From positions 1,760,001 to 1,824,000 of the forward strand of contig CAVTRC010000001.1 of NCBI GenBank assembly GCA_963737065.1: DNA of 64,000 nucleotides. Reading direction: 5' to 3'. A program made the position numbers and the translations under genes. Below the pieces are notes generated by a model. That model saw only the letters and a program-made list of their open reading frames with translations. It was not told where the DNA came from and searched no databases. The stretch comes from Candidatus Eremiobacteria bacterium (GTDB lineage Bacteria; Vulcanimicrobiota; Vulcanimicrobiia; Vulcanimicrobiales; Vulcanimicrobiaceae). The first letter of the stretch is position 1. Every line of letters starts with the position of its first letter. This document shows, piece after piece, positions 60,238 through 64,000 of the stretch.

Positions 60238-60954
60238 ATGATCGACGCCCGCGCGCTGGCCGCCGTCCCCCACCACGTTGCCATCATTATGGACGGCAAC
60301 CGGCGCTGGGCGAAAGACCGCGGCTTGCCGGTTGCTGAGGGCTACCGGCGCGGCGTGACGGCCCTCCGCGGAGCGGTTCGCGCGGCCGCGGCCACCGGCG
60401 TCGGCCGGTTGACCGTCTACGGGTTTTCGACTGAGAACTGGCGGCGCGAGTCCGGCGAGGTCAGTCTGCTCATGCAGCTCTACGCGGCTTGCGCGCAGTC
60501 CGAGAAGGGGGACCTGATTCGCCAAGGCGTGCGGGTCGAAATCATCGGGGAACTCGACGCGTTTGCGTTTCCGGCGCGCGCGGCGCTGCGCGATCTCGTT
60601 GAAGCGACGAAGCGCGGCACGCGCATCACGCTCGCGCTCGCACTCAATTACAGCGGCCGCAACGAGATCGTCCGCGCGGTTCAATCGATCGCGCGTGACG
60701 TGGCCGCAAACCGGCTGACGCCCGATTCGATCGACGAGTCGATGCTGCGCGGCCGCATGTACGCGCCGCATGCCGCCGACCCCGATCTGTTGATCCGAAC
60801 GGGCGCTGAGTTTCGCGTTTCGAATTTCCTTTTATATCAGCTGGCATACACGGAGTTGTTGACCCTGCCGGTCATGTGGCCGGATTTTGACTCCGCGCAA
60901 TTTGACGCTGCCGTGCGCGAATACGGCGATCGTCAACGCCGCTTCGGCGGGTAG
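60238..60954 (+). CDS. uppS: cis-prenyltransferase (UppS family)
   Basis: HVAIIMDGNRRW, FSTENWRR, NYSGR, DLLIRTG, SNFLL, RRFGG. Confidence 0.9.
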   Translation: MIDARALAAVPHHVAIIMDGNRRWAKDRGLPVAEGYRRGVTALRGAVRAAAATGVGRLTVYGFSTENWRRESGEVSLLMQLYAACAQSEKGDLIRQGVRVEIIGELDAFAFPARAALRDLVEATKRGTRITLALALNYSGRNEIVRAVQSIARDVAANRLTPDSIDESMLRGRMYAPHAADPDLLIRTGAEFRVSNFLLYQLAYTELLTLPVMWPDFDSAQFDAAVREYGDRQRRFGG

Positions 60955-60958
60955 CGCG

Positions 60959-62326
60959 TTAGTGATTGATTGCAGCTTCGCGTCCTTCGTAGAGAAGGCG
61001 GCCGAGCGCGCCCACGACGGCGGCGGTGTTGAAGAGTCGGTCGTTGAGCGGGACGAGGGTCGGCGTCGACGTCCGATGTTGAAACGGCAGGATCACGCCC
61101 TCGTGTATAAACGGCGTGGTTTCGAATCCGCCGACGGTTCGAAAAATCAGCTCCGCATACAGCGCGTTCGCCCAGCCGAATTCCTGGCGAGTGAATCGCC
61201 AATAGCCGCCGGCGTAAAAGCTTTCGTGAATCAGTCCGTCTCCGCCGTCGGTTTCCACAAGCGTTGTAATCAACTCGTCGATCGACGCGGTATTCGTTTC
61301 GGTCAGCGCTTCACCGATCAGGCCGAGCGGCCAGACGTTGCCATAGGGAGTGTGCGGACTTCCCAAGCCCTCGGCGTAGCGGCCGCGGAAGAACCACGGA
61401 TTGCGCGGACTTAGCGTGAACGCACGCGTCGTGCGATAGAGCGGATAGTACGCTGACGACCAGTTGATGTACGGAAGCGTCGTGAGATTAGGGATGTTCG
61501 CGTCGTCCATCACGTTGTATCGCCCGTATCCGTCGGTCTCATAGGCATACATCCACGTGCGGGTCTTTTCGTCGAAAACCATTCCGTATTGCATGACCGC
61601 ACGCATAACGGATTGTTCGAGCGACAATGCCTTCATCGCCAATCCCCGATCGCCGTATCCGTAGAGCGCTAATTCACGAATCTCGCGCAATGCAACGACG
61701 GCAATCATGTTCTGCGGGATGTTGAAGCGGTATTGCACCGGATCGTCCGATGGCCGGAACGCGCACCAGATCAATCCGCTGCCCTCGTTATAGTGGTCGT
61801 CGGTATACGTGCGGTACGGATACCTGTACGTGCTGCACCGCGAGTGACGCTGTTCGCATCCGTACGTGTAGACGATGCGGCTGAGCGCGACATGCAGTTC
61901 CGGCGTAAAGATCGAACGGTCGCCCGTCTCCTGAATGTACACCGACGCGAGCATCACCGGCCACGCGATCGAGTCGACTTCCCACTTGCGCTCCCAAGGC
62001 GTGTAGTCGGCGTTAAAAGCGTTAGCAAAGGGATCGAGGTTGATGGCGTTCGCATCGCGCTCGATGACACCGGTAAATCGCCTTCGCAAAACGGGATAGT
62101 AGATTTGAAAGCGCACGTACGGGATGGTCTGCGCCGCCGAATCGCGCAGCCACATTGCCGGAATATCGCCCGTTTGCACGTACGTTGTCCCGTCGTCCTC
62201 CGGAAAGAAATCGCGGAAAAGCGTATGAAATAGCGACTCGGCTTGAACCGAGCGCGTGCGCTGACCGGTGAGCGGCACGATTAAACTCTGCGCGATGAGC
62301 AACATCGCGAGCGCGAGTCGCAACAC
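60959..62326 (-). CDS. Secreted glycoside hydrolase family 125 (exo-alpha-1,6-mannosidase-like)
   Basis: TGDIPAMWLRDS, WERKWEVDS, FRPSDD, MDDANIP, GSPHT, HESF, FTR..FGWAN. Confidence 0.92.
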   Translation of the reverse strand: MLRLALAMLLIAQSLIVPLTGQRTRSVQAESLFHTLFRDFFPEDDGTTYVQTGDIPAMWLRDSAAQTIPYVRFQIYYPVLRRRFTGVIERDANAINLDPFANAFNADYTPWERKWEVDSIAWPVMLASVYIQETGDRSIFTPELHVALSRIVYTYGCEQRHSRCSTYRYPYRTYTDDHYNEGSGLIWCAFRPSDDPVQYRFNIPQNMIAVVALREIRELALYGYGDRGLAMKALSLEQSVMRAVMQYGMVFDEKTRTWMYAYETDGYGRYNVMDDANIPNLTTLPYINWSSAYYPLYRTTRAFTLSPRNPWFFRGRYAEGLGSPHTPYGNVWPLGLIGEALTETNTASIDELITTLVETDGGDGLIHESFYAGGYWRFTRQEFGWANALYAELIFRTVGGFETTPFIHEGVILPFQHRTSTPTLVPLNDRLFNTAAVVGALGRLLYEGREAAINH

Positions 62327-62332
62327 CGAGGC

Positions 62333-63547
62333 TCAGTCGTCGTCAGGCGTAATGGTCAGTGTGTCGATCTTTCCGTCCGGTGCGTAGCTCAGCGTCATCC
62401 AAAACTGCTTGTATCCGAAGCTCAGGCGATATTTCTCGAGTGCGGTTCCGTTCACGCTCGTGCGGTTGATGAACTCAACGAGCGTCAGTGCGCCGAGCGC
62501 CGAGAACGGTTGTCCCCCGTCGAGCACATGTTGCGCCGAAAGCGTTTTGTTGAGCGACGTCGTCAACCGGTCGCGATCGAGCGAGCCGCGCTGCAATTCA
62601 TGGACGAGTTCGACGACGTCGCGTGTGACGGCGGGGTTTTCGTTCTGCGCGGGATGTTCAAAATCCGCAACGAGCGCGCCGTCACGGGGGCGCTCGAGCG
62701 CCTGCGCAATCGTTTTTGCGATCGGAAGAAGATAGGCGTTGCCGGCGTTTGCGAGCACCGCGATTTCGAGACCGTCGTCGATGACGATCGCGTCGTCGGC
62801 GCTGAATCCCTCGACGTAGCCGGGATGTTCAGCCGTTTTCCAACCGTACCAGTCACGAATGTAGAATCCGTAACCGTAGTGTGTTCGCTCGCCGCTCGGT
62901 AGCGCTTGCGATGCGGTCATGGCTTGGAAGTCGGCGTTCGAAACGACACGGCCGCTGCGCAGCGCTTCGAGCCATGTCAAAAGATCGGCCGCGGTCGACG
63001 ACATTCCCGCGGACGCGTCGTTGACGGAGAGCGATGTGTTGCGCAGTCCGAGCGGAGCCGCAATATTGCGGTATAGAAGCGTCGCAAGCGGCATGTGCGT
63101 CGCCGACTCAACGAGCGAGCCCAAAAGGAAGTAGTTCGTGTTGCTGTATTCGAACTGCGTGCCCGGCTCGAAGAGCGGCTGCGACCCAAGCGCCGCCTCA
63201 ACGCTGCGCGGATCGTCGGTATACGTCGGAAGCCCGCTCGTCTGCGCGAGCAGCTGCTGCACCGTGACGCCGTGCGTCGACGTAGTGAGCGCCAAGGTTC
63301 CTCGTTCGATCTGTTGCAGAACGAGCGCAGCCGTGAACTGCTTCGTCAATGAACCGATGCGATAGATCGTATCGCCGTGGGCACTGCCGTAACCGCGCAA
63401 GAGCAGCACATTGCCTTTCCGCGCGACGCCGATCGATAGGCGCGGTATATGGTTGGCTGCCATCACTTGCTCGACCGCAGTATCGATCGTTTTCGATTGA
63501 GCGGTCGTGAGCGCGAGCGATGCGGCCAGCAGTGCAGCGCCTAGCAT
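62333..63547 (-). CDS. Secreted serine hydrolase, beta-lactamase family
   Basis: Intact GSLTKQFT (SxxK), YSN and HPG motifs. Confidence 0.9.
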   Translation of the reverse strand: MLGAALLAASLALTTAQSKTIDTAVEQVMAANHIPRLSIGVARKGNVLLLRGYGSAHGDTIYRIGSLTKQFTAALVLQQIERGTLALTTSTHGVTVQQLLAQTSGLPTYTDDPRSVEAALGSQPLFEPGTQFEYSNTNYFLLGSLVESATHMPLATLLYRNIAAPLGLRNTSLSVNDASAGMSSTAADLLTWLEALRSGRVVSNADFQAMTASQALPSGERTHYGYGFYIRDWYGWKTAEHPGYVEGFSADDAIVIDDGLEIAVLANAGNAYLLPIAKTIAQALERPRDGALVADFEHPAQNENPAVTRDVVELVHELQRGSLDRDRLTTSLNKTLSAQHVLDGGQPFSALGALTLVEFINRTSVNGTALEKYRLSFGYKQFWMTLSYAPDGKIDTLTITPDDD

Positions 63548-63599
63548 GCCGGTGTCTTCCACACGTGCGGCTGAAACCCGCGACGAACGGCGAATGTAG

Positions 63600-63732
63600 A
63601 TGCGACGGTTCGAGCGAAGTCCCTTTCATCGGACGGTGCACGTACCGGCGACACGGCCGTTGAACGCTCCGGCCTTGGTCCAACGCGACTTCAGAGCCGA
63701 CGCTCCGAACGAGGTCTGGGTGTCGGACATTA
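63600..63732 (+). mobile_element. IS3-family transposase (OrfB) fragment
   Basis: Translation NAPALVQRDFRADAPNEVWVSDI matches the segment leading into the first DDE aspartate (WxxDIT) of IS3 transposases. Confidence 0.7.
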
Positions 63733-64000
63733 GTGTGCTACAGCAGCACAGAAGGAGTTATGCGATGAGTCCATAGCGACGACTGTGCCAGAAGCTGCAT
63801 GAAAGATGGAGGCAGACCCTCCGAATACGGCTTGCAGGAGCAGTTTTCAAACCACTTTGAGCGGCGTTGGCTAAAGACCGTCGTCGTGAGCGTCAAAGAA
63901 ACGGCGCAGCGTATGTGTCAGGTGTGAATCGAGAAGGCGAACAACCCGTGAACCACGCTGCGACAGCGAACGAAAGGAACACCGCAGGGTGGGGTCATCT
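63733..64000 (+). mobile_element. Probable group II intron 5' end (domain I), truncated by the window edge
   Basis: GTGTG (GUGYG) begins exactly where the transposase frame breaks (GAC ATT A). Purine-rich, lower-GC sequence follows, with local hairpins and no long ORF. Confidence 0.6.

Overview
High-GC bacterial chromosomal window with about 60 genes. The mix of gene families and the many short secreted proteins suggest a soil lineage such as Eremiobacterota (WPS-2); this is an inference, not a classification. Core content: korAB, amt, hsp20-lon with a CIRCE-like operator, selD, cvpA-pheT-pheS-trmH, infC-rpmI-rplT with an L20-type leader and an AUA start, rocD, tag, aceA-aceB, tricorn protease, a UppS-family enzyme and GH125. 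Transporters, hydrolases and signalling proteins lie between these. Points the ORF track misses or misreads: (1) selD has an in-frame UGA (selenocysteine) and a SECIS-like hairpin, and heads a translationally coupled selD / CarH-type B12-binding protein / MFS operon; (2) a 33-aa YqzL-like gene lies upstream of pheST, with three TGACTT boxes phased at 22 bp and its own terminator; (3) an IS3 transposase fragment is cut at its WxxDI(T) motif by a probable group II intron 5' end (GUGUG) at the right edge; (4) apparent pseudo-enzymes: two YD-GYP response regulators and a beta-lactamase-fold protein lacking SxxK; (5) an MFS-acyltransferase fusion; (6) four frameshifts clustered in 45.8-47.8 kb. No rRNA, tRNA or CRISPR array was recognised.
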